From IMG/VR virus record IMGVR_UViG_3300033273_000550, positions 102,013 through 166,012 of that record: a DNA stretch of 64,000 nucleotides. One strand, 5' to 3'. The stretch is from a virus. Shown here one piece after another: positions 30,585 to 39,822 of the stretch; the stretch's first letter is position 1; the number at the start of each line of letters is the position of its first letter. A model generated the notes under the pieces. The model was given only the letters and a program-made list of their open reading frames with translations, made no database searches and was not told where the DNA came from. The translations under genes were made by a program, and so were the position numbers.

Positions 30585-31266
30585 CATTTATATAGGATAT
30601 GATTCAAGACAAGATGTTACACCGAATTATTCTAAAGTAACAAACTCACCTTTTATGGTGTGTTATGAATCTATAAGACATTTTAACCAAGAAGTATTTA
30701 TTACAGCTCTTAAATTAGATGAACTTATAGAGCAAGGCATATATACTAGAGAGGTAGATCCTTTAGCGAGTACTGAGTTTACCTATAGCAGGTTTTTAAC
30801 TCCTTATCTTAATGGATTCGAAGGAATTGCGTTATTTTGTGACTCAGATTTTCTATGGCAGTGCAATATAACAGATATTCTTGAGTACTATGATCAAACA
30901 AAAGCAGTCATGTGTGTACAACACGACTATGTACCTAAATTAGAACAAAAAATGGATGGGTACAAACAGACTGTCTACCCTAGAAAAAATTGGTCTAGTT
31001 TAATGTTATTTAACTGTGCTCATCCGGATTGCAAAAATTTAACTCCCGAAAATGTAAATACAAAAAGTCCAAAGTATTTACATAGAATGGAATGGACCAC
31101 AGATGATAATATAGGTAACTTACCTTTATGGTATAATTGGTTGGAAGGTGAATATAATGGAGATACAGAACCTTACGCTATACATTATACTAACGGAGGA
31201 CCTTGGTATAAAACATATAACGGAGATTATAAGCAAAACTGGATAGATATTTACAATAAGTTATGA
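30568..31266 (+). CDS. GT8-like nucleotide-diphospho-sugar transferase
   Basis: IGYD.R, STEFTYSRF, FCDSDF (DxD), YPRKNWSSLMLFNC, HYTNGGPW. Confidence 0.85.
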   Translation: MKEELNIYIGYDSRQDVTPNYSKVTNSPFMVCYESIRHFNQEVFITALKLDELIEQGIYTREVDPLASTEFTYSRFLTPYLNGFEGIALFCDSDFLWQCNITDILEYYDQTKAVMCVQHDYVPKLEQKMDGYKQTVYPRKNWSSLMLFNCAHPDCKNLTPENVNTKSPKYLHRMEWTTDDNIGNLPLWYNWLEGEYNGDTEPYAIHYTNGGPWYKTYNGDYKQNWIDIYNKL

Positions 31267-32210
31267 TAAATTGGTGGAAGAAAGATATATTTGACGATTT
31301 AAAACCTTTTGATATTTTATCTTTAGAAGACCTATTAGATAGATACCAGAAAACTTTGAAGACTTTTCCTGAGTATGAACAGCAAGCTGAAGAAGGAAGA
31401 TTTTTTTTAGGAATAAAATCTAAAGACTTATCGGATCCTGATGTTAAATACTTTCATGAAAAATATAACCATCCTAACTGCGATTTAACAAAAGAACCTA
31501 GAGAGAAAATTTGTATGGTTTATAAGGAAGGAAGGAACTTCAATAAAGAAGAATACCATACAGAAGGTAGTATAAAATTTACAGGAGGTACATCAAATTA
31601 CAATGGAAGAGATGGACAGATACGAGGTGGATGGGCAACACCAGAAATAGAAGAGTTTCATTTAGGTCCAGTTCGCGACGGTAAATTAACAGGCGATTGG
31701 ATATACCTTGAGGTACCTTATAATTTAACATATAATTTTTTAGAATTAACAAATAACGGTGTCCCTATACAGATTGCCAAAAAATTTGTTAAAGAAGTAG
31801 AATCAGAAAAAGAAGTAACTTTAGATGTTATAAAGAAATATGAAGAGAAGTATGATAAACTGTATCCTGATTGGAGTCATGATTTTCCTATAAACGGTTA
31901 CTTCCAAATGAAAAAGGACGGGTTACTGTTCCCTGGTGTTTGGTGGCACAGTCATATTATATGTGGACATAGTTACCATAGAATGATAATGACAAGTTTC
32001 AATAAGATGAATTTTCCTTTTGTAATGCCTGTGCCTGCAAATCATAACGGTAGTTGGTATGCTTGTTCGAAATATTGTTCGTATCTTTTTAATAACGAAC
32101 TACATTACCTAACAGCAGAAATTAATATAGAAAAACAAAAAGTATTTTACTCTTTTACTAAAGATCAAAATTGGGCTATAGAGAGAAACAAAGAGTTAAT
32201 TAAAACTTAA
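31263..32210 (+). CDS. Hypothetical protein with ParB/Sulfiredoxin-like motif, paralogue B
   Basis: QMKKDGLLFP...IICGHSYHR...FPFV; paralogous to 26114. Confidence 0.5.
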   Translation: MINWWKKDIFDDLKPFDILSLEDLLDRYQKTLKTFPEYEQQAEEGRFFLGIKSKDLSDPDVKYFHEKYNHPNCDLTKEPREKICMVYKEGRNFNKEEYHTEGSIKFTGGTSNYNGRDGQIRGGWATPEIEEFHLGPVRDGKLTGDWIYLEVPYNLTYNFLELTNNGVPIQIAKKFVKEVESEKEVTLDVIKKYEEKYDKLYPDWSHDFPINGYFQMKKDGLLFPGVWWHSHIICGHSYHRMIMTSFNKMNFPFVMPVPANHNGSWYACSKYCSYLFNNELHYLTAEINIEKQKVFYSFTKDQNWAIERNKELIKT

Positions 32211-32214
32211 TTTA

Positions 32215-33141
32215 ATGCTTGAACCTATAACATATGCATATTTAGAGACTACTAATTACTGTAATCTAGACTGCTCTTTCTGTAACAGAAAAGAAGTTAT
32301 TGGAGCATTACAACACATGCCTCTTCCTAGATTTAGAGAAATGTTAGAAAAGATAAAACATCATCCTATAAAAGAAGCTAAATTAATGGGTATGGGGGAA
32401 CCTATGTTACATCCTCAATTTGATGAAATCTGTAAAACTTTTAAAGAATACTTTCCAGATGCTTTTTTAATTGTTGCAACTAACTGTCAATATCCGATAA
32501 GACCAGGTACTAAAATAGGAGATAAGTTTGAAAACTGTATGAAGTATATCGATTTGTTATATTTTAGTATAGATGGGTATAAAGAGTCATACGAAAGAGA
32601 TAGAGCACCTGCTAAGTGGAGTAAATTAATTAAGTTTTTAGATGACTTTAAAGGTATGAACAGGTATAACTGTAGAGTTACCTGTAATTACGTGGTTAAC
32701 CCAGATAACGTATATGATATACAGATTATTAAAGACGAAATAGTAGATGTATACGATTTAGAAGAACTTAGATTAAATATTGCTCAAAACTGGTCTGAGG
32801 ATGAAAGCATGCCAGGTGGTTATTCTCAAGAAGATATTAAGTATATTAAAGATAACTGGAAAGAAAATATTAAAGGTAAAGACAATTGGGAATTCGACCA
32901 ATGTTTTTGGGTAAAAGAAGGAGTTTACACTACAGTTGAAGGTCATGTTAAAATGTGCTGTTTGAATACAGGTGCTGAACCGTTTGGTAACCTGTTTGAC
33001 GAAGATATAGATACAATTAGAATGTCTAAAGAGTATACAGCAGTAAGAGAAGGTTGTGCTACTAACAATCCTACAAGTCATTGTAAGAATTGTTCCTATA
33101 AAGAACTTTCTCCTATGTTAGGGTTGATTAGAAGTGAATGA
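32215..33141 (+). CDS. Radical SAM/SPASM(twitch) protein
   Basis: CNLDCSFC, GMGEP, C-terminal CFW...EGHVKMCC...FGNL...CKNC. Confidence 0.9.
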   Translation: MLEPITYAYLETTNYCNLDCSFCNRKEVIGALQHMPLPRFREMLEKIKHHPIKEAKLMGMGEPMLHPQFDEICKTFKEYFPDAFLIVATNCQYPIRPGTKIGDKFENCMKYIDLLYFSIDGYKESYERDRAPAKWSKLIKFLDDFKGMNRYNCRVTCNYVVNPDNVYDIQIIKDEIVDVYDLEELRLNIAQNWSEDESMPGGYSQEDIKYIKDNWKENIKGKDNWEFDQCFWVKEGVYTTVEGHVKMCCLNTGAEPFGNLFDEDIDTIRMSKEYTAVREGCATNNPTSHCKNCSYKELSPMLGLIRSE

Positions 33142-34016
33142 AACGAATTAAAATAGATAATATTAACAATAAGGTACTAGTAGCAGCAGGATGCTCACAC
33201 ACAGCTGGTTGTGCATTTTACAAAAACCCTAAATTTAGAGTAAATTCACAAGGAGTATACGAAGATGTTATAGAGTGGGCTTCTGAAGAACTAGCAGATT
33301 TATATAAAGTACCTTGTTCTTTAAAATTAGTTGATGAAAAACTAAGTTGGCATGGTAAATTAAAAGACCTACTTAATTTTGATACTAATATTAACTTAGG
33401 TTTCGGAGGAGCAGGTTATGAAGCTTGTAGTACTGCTTTAAAGCACTACATATTTAAAAAAAGTACATTAGATAACCACCTTATTATACTTCAGCTACCT
33501 TCTCCAAGCAGGGTAATGATACCTGATACACAGAATGAAAAGTATAATATAAACTTAACTAGCGACTATATAAACGACCCGGACAGATCTTACGCAGAGA
33601 ATAGTCTTCTACAAAACTTTTTTGAACCAGGTTTTTATGAAGTAAAGTTTTTACAGGATATACTTTATTTACAGGATTATATTGAAACTAAGGGGGGGAA
33701 TTTTCGTATAATTACTGACTTTTTATACCCTTCTTTTCTTACCGGTAAATTTTTAAATAAACATAAGGTAGAATTCGAAACATTCTTCAGAAGAGGTAGT
33801 TATAAACCTTTTTATAACTTTGATATAAACTTTATTTTAGATAAATTGAATACTATAGCAATACCGGCTACCGAAAGTTATAAAACATTAGCTAGTCAAG
33901 GTTTAGTATTTGATGATAATCACTTATCTGAAGACGGTAACGCTCAATTAGCTAATCTCATTTATAAGAATTTAGAGAATTATTCTAAATTTAAATTAAG
34001 TACAACAGTTATATAA
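33138..34016 (+). CDS. SGNH hydrolase-fold protein
   Basis: AAGCSHTAG, NLG.GGAG, DDNHLS..GN. Confidence 0.7.
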   Translation: MKRIKIDNINNKVLVAAGCSHTAGCAFYKNPKFRVNSQGVYEDVIEWASEELADLYKVPCSLKLVDEKLSWHGKLKDLLNFDTNINLGFGGAGYEACSTALKHYIFKKSTLDNHLIILQLPSPSRVMIPDTQNEKYNINLTSDYINDPDRSYAENSLLQNFFEPGFYEVKFLQDILYLQDYIETKGGNFRIITDFLYPSFLTGKFLNKHKVEFETFFRRGSYKPFYNFDINFILDKLNTIAIPATESYKTLASQGLVFDDNHLSEDGNAQLANLIYKNLENYSKFKLSTTVI

Positions 34017-35047
34017 TGAAAAAGCACTTAAAAAATATTGTTCGAAAAAGCAACTTACTTGATAAAACAGCATACAAGTATGTTTTAGATCAGAATGAAA
34101 GAAATTTTTTAATGCATAAAGGTAAATGGCAAGATTTTATTAATAGTTTAAGACAAGAAGATTTTTTCTTTTATCCTAATTCTAAAAAATTTGTAAGGAA
34201 GTTAGCTAAGCATATTAGAGTTAGAGAATATAATATAATGTTAACACCAGGCTCTGATACAGCTATCAAAACTATCTTTGAAGCATTCGAGTTAAAAGGT
34301 AAGAACATTGTTACTACTAATTACTGTTTTCCAATGTACGATGTTTATGCTGATCTATACGAAGCAAACTTAGTCAAAGCTAGATATAAAAGAGAGAGAT
34401 TTAAAATAAGAAATTTAATAGAAAAAATTAATGAGGATACAGAGTTTATTATTATCGCTAACCCAAACTCTCCTTTAGGTGATCTATATACATTCGATGA
34501 GATTAAAATGTTATTAGACACAGGTAAATACGTTGTTATAGATGAGGCTTATATAGAATTAACAGAAGCAGAATCAGTCACGACACTAATAGACGAATAT
34601 CAAAATCTTATAGTAACAAGAACTTTTTCAAAAGGCTTAGGAGCAGCAGGCTGTAGATTAGGTTATATAGTTAGTTGTCGAGAAAATATGGAAATACTTT
34701 CTAAATTTAGAATGATGTATGAAGTTAACTCCATAGGTTTACTATACGGAGAATACATCTTAGATAACTACCCAGAATATCTTCGTTACTTACAAACGAC
34801 TATAAAGCAGAAAAAATTATTAGTAAGTCAGCTACAAAATATGCATTATAATATTGTAGACACGGACTGTACTTGGTTTTTTATTGAAAAAACCGAAAGA
34901 TTAGAACAAATATTTAGAGACCATTGGGTTAGTTATAGAACCTTAACCCTACCGGGTAGGAGAAGTTCTGAATGGATTAAGTTTAATTACGATTTAGCAC
35001 TTAGAAATACTTATTTTATTAACGATTTATTAAATGAAGTACGTTAG
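34016..35047 (+). CDS. PLP-dependent class I/II enzyme (HisC/CobD-like aminotransferase or decarboxylase)
   Basis: LDQNE, YP, PGSD.AI, NPNSPLG, DEAY, RTFSK.LG.AG.RLGY. Confidence 0.9.
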   Translation: MKKHLKNIVRKSNLLDKTAYKYVLDQNERNFLMHKGKWQDFINSLRQEDFFFYPNSKKFVRKLAKHIRVREYNIMLTPGSDTAIKTIFEAFELKGKNIVTTNYCFPMYDVYADLYEANLVKARYKRERFKIRNLIEKINEDTEFIIIANPNSPLGDLYTFDEIKMLLDTGKYVVIDEAYIELTEAESVTTLIDEYQNLIVTRTFSKGLGAAGCRLGYIVSCRENMEILSKFRMMYEVNSIGLLYGEYILDNYPEYLRYLQTTIKQKKLLVSQLQNMHYNIVDTDCTWFFIEKTERLEQIFRDHWVSYRTLTLPGRRSSEWIKFNYDLALRNTYFINDLLNEVR

Positions 35048-36353
35048 TAGATTTGATAGAAGCCTAATCGAAGGAGTTTTTAAAGAATCGTATGTATATT
35101 CGATCAAAGAACTTCCTTTAAACCTAGCTTATTTCCAAGATAGTAGACAAAATATACGTTGGGAGTATACCTACGGTAGTATAGGTCTTGTAAATAAAAT
35201 AAATGATTTTTATAGAGTCGAGACGAGATTATTAGAGCTTATAACTTCTGGTGATTCACCTTCTAGTTTAAGACAGAGACTCAATATAGTTAATACTTTA
35301 TTACTTTGTAACTTAGATACTGACGTTCCTGTACATACCTCAATAAGTCCTGAACATAATTTACAAGGAGAAGTAGACCTTAAGGATATAAAACCAGGTG
35401 ACATTTATTTTATAGCTCATCCTGGACATACTAGAGTAGAAGGTTCAATCTTTCTTAATATACCTTTAAAAAATAGTCTACTTTACATTAATAAAAAACA
35501 TAATTTAACTCTTAAACAAAATAACAATGTTCAAAGAGTTCATACAATCGGAAAATTATTAGAGAGCTTTAATAGCAGATTTACAGATAAGGATAAAAAA
35601 TACTGGTATAGTTTTAGCAGAAACAAACCCCTCGATCCTACAGTACGCAATAGATTAAAAACTCATGATAAGACAGATGTAAGAATTCTTAAGCTCGGTA
35701 GGATATTAGAAAGAGGGAGTAAAATTAAAAGATCCTCTCACCCTTCTGCTCAATACCTAAAAGAGACATATAAATCTTTTAATAATTTCTGCAATCAGTT
35801 ATTTACTAATAATATTAAAATTTATACTCAAAGTATAGGTAATGTTAGGCATAAATTTTTTGAAAATAGCAATTCTATATTGGAGGATAAATTAAAGTTA
35901 AAACTTAACACTAATCAGAGTGTTTATAACCTGATTAATAATAAAGTTAATTACATAGATCTACCTGCAAGGAATGAAGCAGAGAGATTTGATTTTGATA
36001 CTAAATATGAAAAACTAATACATAGCGAACTTACTAATGTACTTAGTAAAGCTCCTAGTAAAGATCATAAAATGTTTACAAATAATAGTTTTAAGTATAT
36101 TCAAACTAAAGAAACTAATATAGAAGATTTGGTAAGACTAAATAACTATAAAGGTTTTATTATATTTGTAGATAGTGATCAAATTAACTATATTAATAGA
36201 GCATTAGAGGAATTGTTATTCTGTATACCTTATGAGGTAAGCTTATCTCGTACAGAAAATAATGCTATAAAAATTGTAAACTGTGCACACGAGGGATGGA
36301 AGAGTAGTGAACTTAGAAAAGAAGTAGTTATAGATAATAGATTTTTATTATGA
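35034..36353 (+). CDS. Hypothetical protein (possible distant ParB-like HPG.TR motif)
   Basis: 439 aa, operonic; FIAHPGHTR motif. Confidence 0.5.
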   Translation: MKYVSRFDRSLIEGVFKESYVYSIKELPLNLAYFQDSRQNIRWEYTYGSIGLVNKINDFYRVETRLLELITSGDSPSSLRQRLNIVNTLLLCNLDTDVPVHTSISPEHNLQGEVDLKDIKPGDIYFIAHPGHTRVEGSIFLNIPLKNSLLYINKKHNLTLKQNNNVQRVHTIGKLLESFNSRFTDKDKKYWYSFSRNKPLDPTVRNRLKTHDKTDVRILKLGRILERGSKIKRSSHPSAQYLKETYKSFNNFCNQLFTNNIKIYTQSIGNVRHKFFENSNSILEDKLKLKLNTNQSVYNLINNKVNYIDLPARNEAERFDFDTKYEKLIHSELTNVLSKAPSKDHKMFTNNSFKYIQTKETNIEDLVRLNNYKGFIIFVDSDQINYINRALEELLFCIPYEVSLSRTENNAIKIVNCAHEGWKSSELRKEVVIDNRFLL

Positions 36354-37165
36354 AAATAGGGTTTTTAACAAAATACAAACATCTCCCAGAATTTTCTTCT
36401 TTTGTTGAGAGTAAATTTGAATGTATTGACTTACATAAAGGAATAGTCGAAGTAGATTATATTTTCTCAGCTCCTAATTATACCTTAAGTGAAGTTGATG
36501 ATAGTTTAGTTGAGAATACAAAATGTAAAGCTGTTATTACCCCTTCTACAGGTACTAATCATATTAAAACAAATCTTGTACCTATTATTAGCATTAAAAA
36601 TGATAAGATATTAGAAAGTATAACCTCTACTGCAGAACATAACTTACTTTTAATATTAAGGCTTGCTAGAGAGATAGAACCATATAGACAGTTAAGTTCC
36701 TTAAACTTAGGAATATTAGGGTATGGAAGATTAGGTAAAATACTTCATCGTATTGCTACTCCTATTTTTAAAAATATATACACAGCCGATAAAGAATATC
36801 AAGATAAAGATTTCTATTCTAAAACAGACATACTCAGTATTAATATAGATCTAACTGAAGATAATTATGATTTTATTAATAAGAGTTATGTAGAGAAATT
36901 TAGTAAAAATATCTATATTGTTAATACAGCAAGAGGAGAAGTAGTAAACGAAGAAGAAATAAGTATTCTTACTTACGATGGTAAGGTATTAGGATATGGA
37001 ACTGATGTTATAAAAGAAGAGTTTAATTCTACTGCTACGACTATGAAAAGTTATTATAATCCCAAGATTATAGTAACAAGACATATAGGGGGTACTGCTA
37101 TCGAAGCTCAAGAAACTGCTTATAGACATTTAATTAATAAAGTACTTAATGAAAATAATATCTGA
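36350..37165 (+). CDS. D-isomer-specific 2-hydroxyacid dehydrogenase (SerA-like)
   Basis: STGTNHI, TAEH, GILGYGRLG, NTARGEVV, TDV, HIGG. Confidence 0.9.
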   Translation: MKIGFLTKYKHLPEFSSFVESKFECIDLHKGIVEVDYIFSAPNYTLSEVDDSLVENTKCKAVITPSTGTNHIKTNLVPIISIKNDKILESITSTAEHNLLLILRLAREIEPYRQLSSLNLGILGYGRLGKILHRIATPIFKNIYTADKEYQDKDFYSKTDILSINIDLTEDNYDFINKSYVEKFSKNIYIVNTARGEVVNEEEISILTYDGKVLGYGTDVIKEEFNSTATTMKSYYNPKIIVTRHIGGTAIEAQETAYRHLINKVLNENNI

Positions 37166-37979
37166 ACTTTGTCAAAACCATAACGGTAATCTAGATGTAC
37201 TAGATAATATGATTAAAATGGCGGCTGTTGGTAGCGATATAGTTAAAATACAGTCTATAAAAGCATCTACTTTTACTTACAGAGAAGAATATGAGAGCTT
37301 TAGACCTTATGAACCAGAATTTTTACGACTAAAAGGATTAGAACTCAGTAAAGAAGATGAGGAGTTTTTTATTTTTAAATGTTTAGAGTATGGAGTAGAA
37401 TCTATGACAACCGTTTTTGTTCCTCAACATGCTAGCTATTTTAATAACTTAGGTTATGACAATTTGAAACTATCCGGATATTCCATACCAGCTTTTGACT
37501 ATGGTAAAAAATTAAAAAACTTTAAATTTAAAAGATTATTTTTCTCTACTTCTAGTCTTACATTAGAAGAAATAAAAGAAACTGTAAAGAATCTAGATGA
37601 AATGAATATAGAGTACTATATGATGCAATGTACCTGTATTTATCCAACACCGTTAGAAAAACTTAATCTACAGAATATAGAATTCTATAGAAAGTTAGGA
37701 ATAAAAAACGTAGGTTTAAGTGATCACTCTAATCCTCATCAAGATGGTTTACTTTCTTCTAAGTTAGCAATATTTCAAGGAATTGATGTACTGGAAAGAC
37801 ATTTTACTATTTTAGACATTGAAGATACTAGAGACGGTAAAGTTTCAATTACTCCTAAGATGTTATCAGAACTAAAAAGGTTCAGTAGAATGTCCAAAGA
37901 AGATCAGTATAGAGAGTTAAATGAGTTTACAGAAACTCAAATTTTTAATCACGACTACTATAGAGGTAGGTTTAAATGA
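37149..37979 (+). CDS. neuB: N-acetylneuraminate synthase family (NeuB-like ulosonate synthase), no C-terminal SAF domain
   Basis: ISELCQNHNG, VKIQ, QC...YPT, GLSDHS, LERHFT, D..VS.TP. Confidence 0.9.
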   Translation: MKIISELCQNHNGNLDVLDNMIKMAAVGSDIVKIQSIKASTFTYREEYESFRPYEPEFLRLKGLELSKEDEEFFIFKCLEYGVESMTTVFVPQHASYFNNLGYDNLKLSGYSIPAFDYGKKLKNFKFKRLFFSTSSLTLEEIKETVKNLDEMNIEYYMMQCTCIYPTPLEKLNLQNIEFYRKLGIKNVGLSDHSNPHQDGLLSSKLAIFQGIDVLERHFTILDIEDTRDGKVSITPKMLSELKRFSRMSKEDQYRELNEFTETQIFNHDYYRGRFK

Positions 37980-37992
37980 TTAAAGTGAGTAC

Positions 37993-38000
37993 TATTTATA
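37993..38000 (+). promoter_or_regulatory. TATTTATA putative late promoter element
   Basis: Exact motif 17 nt upstream of ATG 38018, inside the glyco cluster. Confidence 0.55.
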
Positions 38001-38017
38001 ATAAATGGTAATAAGTT

Positions 38018-39382
38018 ATGAAACCAGTAAATTTTATTATATTTGACTTAGATGGAGTCTTAATAGAAACCAAAGACTTACATTTTGAGGCTTTAAACAA
38101 GGCACTTGGTGAATATGCAATAGATATGTCTGAACATCTTGCTATTTACGACGGTTTAACCACTTCACAGAAACTCAAAGTACTATCAGAAAAAAAAGGA
38201 CTACCAATCGAATTACATAAGGAAATTTGGAAAAAAAAGCAGTTGATAACTTTTGAAATGCTTAGAAGTATTAAACCTGATAAAAGACTACAGAATATAA
38301 TGTCGGAGTTAGTTAAAAAAGGTTATAAGTTAGGATTATGTACTAACTCTATACGTAAAACTGCTATTACAGTATTATCTAAATTAGGAGTAGCAGAATA
38401 TATGGATTTAATTCTGTCTGGAGAAGATGTAACTAACCCAAAACCTCATCCTGAAATATACTGGAAGGCTATATCTAAAATGAGCGTACTTCCGGAAGAG
38501 ACTTTGATAGTAGAAGATTCTCCATTCGGTTTATTAGCTGCATCTAGAAGTAAATCTAATATACTTAGAGTAAATAAACCTAAAGATGTTACATTAGAGA
38601 ATATAGAAAAGAAGTTAAAAGAAATACAGACTGGTATGAAACAACCAACACCAGCTTGGAGAGATGAAAACCTTACTGTGCTTATTCCAATGGCAGGAGC
38701 AGGAAGTAGATTCCAACAGGCAGGTTATACTTTTCCTAAACCTCTCATCGATGTAAAAGGAAAACCAATGATTCAAGTAGTAGTAGATAATTTAAATATA
38801 AAAGCTACATATGTTTACGTTGTACAGAAAGAACATAGACAAAAGTACAATTTAGATACCCTTCTTAATTTAATTACTCCTGGCTGTAAAATAGTAGAAG
38901 TAGACGGCATAACAGAAGGAGCTGCTTGTACAGCACTACTTGCTAAAGAGTATATCGATAATGATAATGCTTTATTCTTTGCTAATTCAGACCAGTATGT
39001 AGACTGGGATAGTAATGAGTTTTTATATAAGATGAATGAAACTGAAGCTGATGGCGGTATTGTAACATTTAAAGCTACTCACCCTAAGTGGTCTTTTGCT
39101 AAAGTAAACAAAGAAGGAATAGTAACTGAAGTTGCAGAAAAGAATCCTATATCAGATATCGCAACTGTAGGATTTTACTATTGGAAAAAAGGTTCTGATT
39201 TTGTAAAGTATGCAGAGGATATGATTAAAAAAGATATTAGAGTTAATAATGAATTTTACGTATGCCCTGTATTTAATCAAGCTATTGAAGATAATAAGAA
39301 AATTAGAACATTCAATATAAATAAAATGTGGGGATTAGGTACTCCTGAGGATCTTAAATACTACTTAGAAAATTTTAAATGA
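38018..39382 (+). CDS. HAD-IA phosphatase fused to GT2_BcbE-like nucleotidyltransferase (copy 2)
   Basis: FDLDGVL, KPHPEIY, VEDS, then IPMAGAGSRF...KP.IDVKGKPMI...GAACT...NSDQ...LGTPE. Confidence 0.9.
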   Translation: MKPVNFIIFDLDGVLIETKDLHFEALNKALGEYAIDMSEHLAIYDGLTTSQKLKVLSEKKGLPIELHKEIWKKKQLITFEMLRSIKPDKRLQNIMSELVKKGYKLGLCTNSIRKTAITVLSKLGVAEYMDLILSGEDVTNPKPHPEIYWKAISKMSVLPEETLIVEDSPFGLLAASRSKSNILRVNKPKDVTLENIEKKLKEIQTGMKQPTPAWRDENLTVLIPMAGAGSRFQQAGYTFPKPLIDVKGKPMIQVVVDNLNIKATYVYVVQKEHRQKYNLDTLLNLITPGCKIVEVDGITEGAACTALLAKEYIDNDNALFFANSDQYVDWDSNEFLYKMNETEADGGIVTFKATHPKWSFAKVNKEGIVTEVAEKNPISDIATVGFYYWKKGSDFVKYAEDMIKKDIRVNNEFYVCPVFNQAIEDNKKIRTFNINKMWGLGTPEDLKYYLENFK

Positions 39383-39822
39383 AACTAATAGCTCACAGAG
39401 GTAACATAACTGGCCCTAAACCTGAATTAGAAAACTCTCCTGATTATATTTTTGAAGCTATCAAAAAAGGTTTTGATGTAGAGATAGATGTTTGGTACAG
39501 TACAGACGGTAAGTTTATGCTAGGTCACGATAATCCTGATTATAAATTTCCTTTTGAGCTTTTAGAAAATTGGTACAGTAGATTATGGATACACTGTAAA
39601 AATTATTTAGCTTTAGCTAAGTTAGTAGAAATAGATAAAGGAGGTCATAAACTTAACTACTTTTGGCACGAAGAAGATTTTGCTACCCTCACCTCAAAAG
39701 GGTACATATGGAGTATACATCCAATAGATTATGGTATATTAGTTATGCCTGAAAGTTCTAACACAGTTCAAACAACTACTACGAAAGGTATATGTAGTGA
39801 TTTTATAGGAGAGTATGCCTAA
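39379..39822 (+). CDS. Minimal glycerophosphodiester phosphodiesterase/PI-PLC-like protein
   Basis: IAHRG, ENS, DVEIDV, LGHD, WIHCKN. Confidence 0.8.
   Translation: MKLIAHRGNITGPKPELENSPDYIFEAIKKGFDVEIDVWYSTDGKFMLGHDNPDYKFPFELLENWYSRLWIHCKNYLALAKLVEIDKGGHKLNYFWHEEDFATLTSKGYIWSIHPIDYGILVMPESSNTVQTTTTKGICSDFIGEYA

Noticed and set aside
15130-33141. RiPP cluster (radical SAM/SPASM maturases plus small peptide 15130)
   Set aside because: The small ORF is a helical charged protein with no leader/core or Cys/aromatic motif pattern, no transporter or peptidase is present, and the context is sugar enzymes
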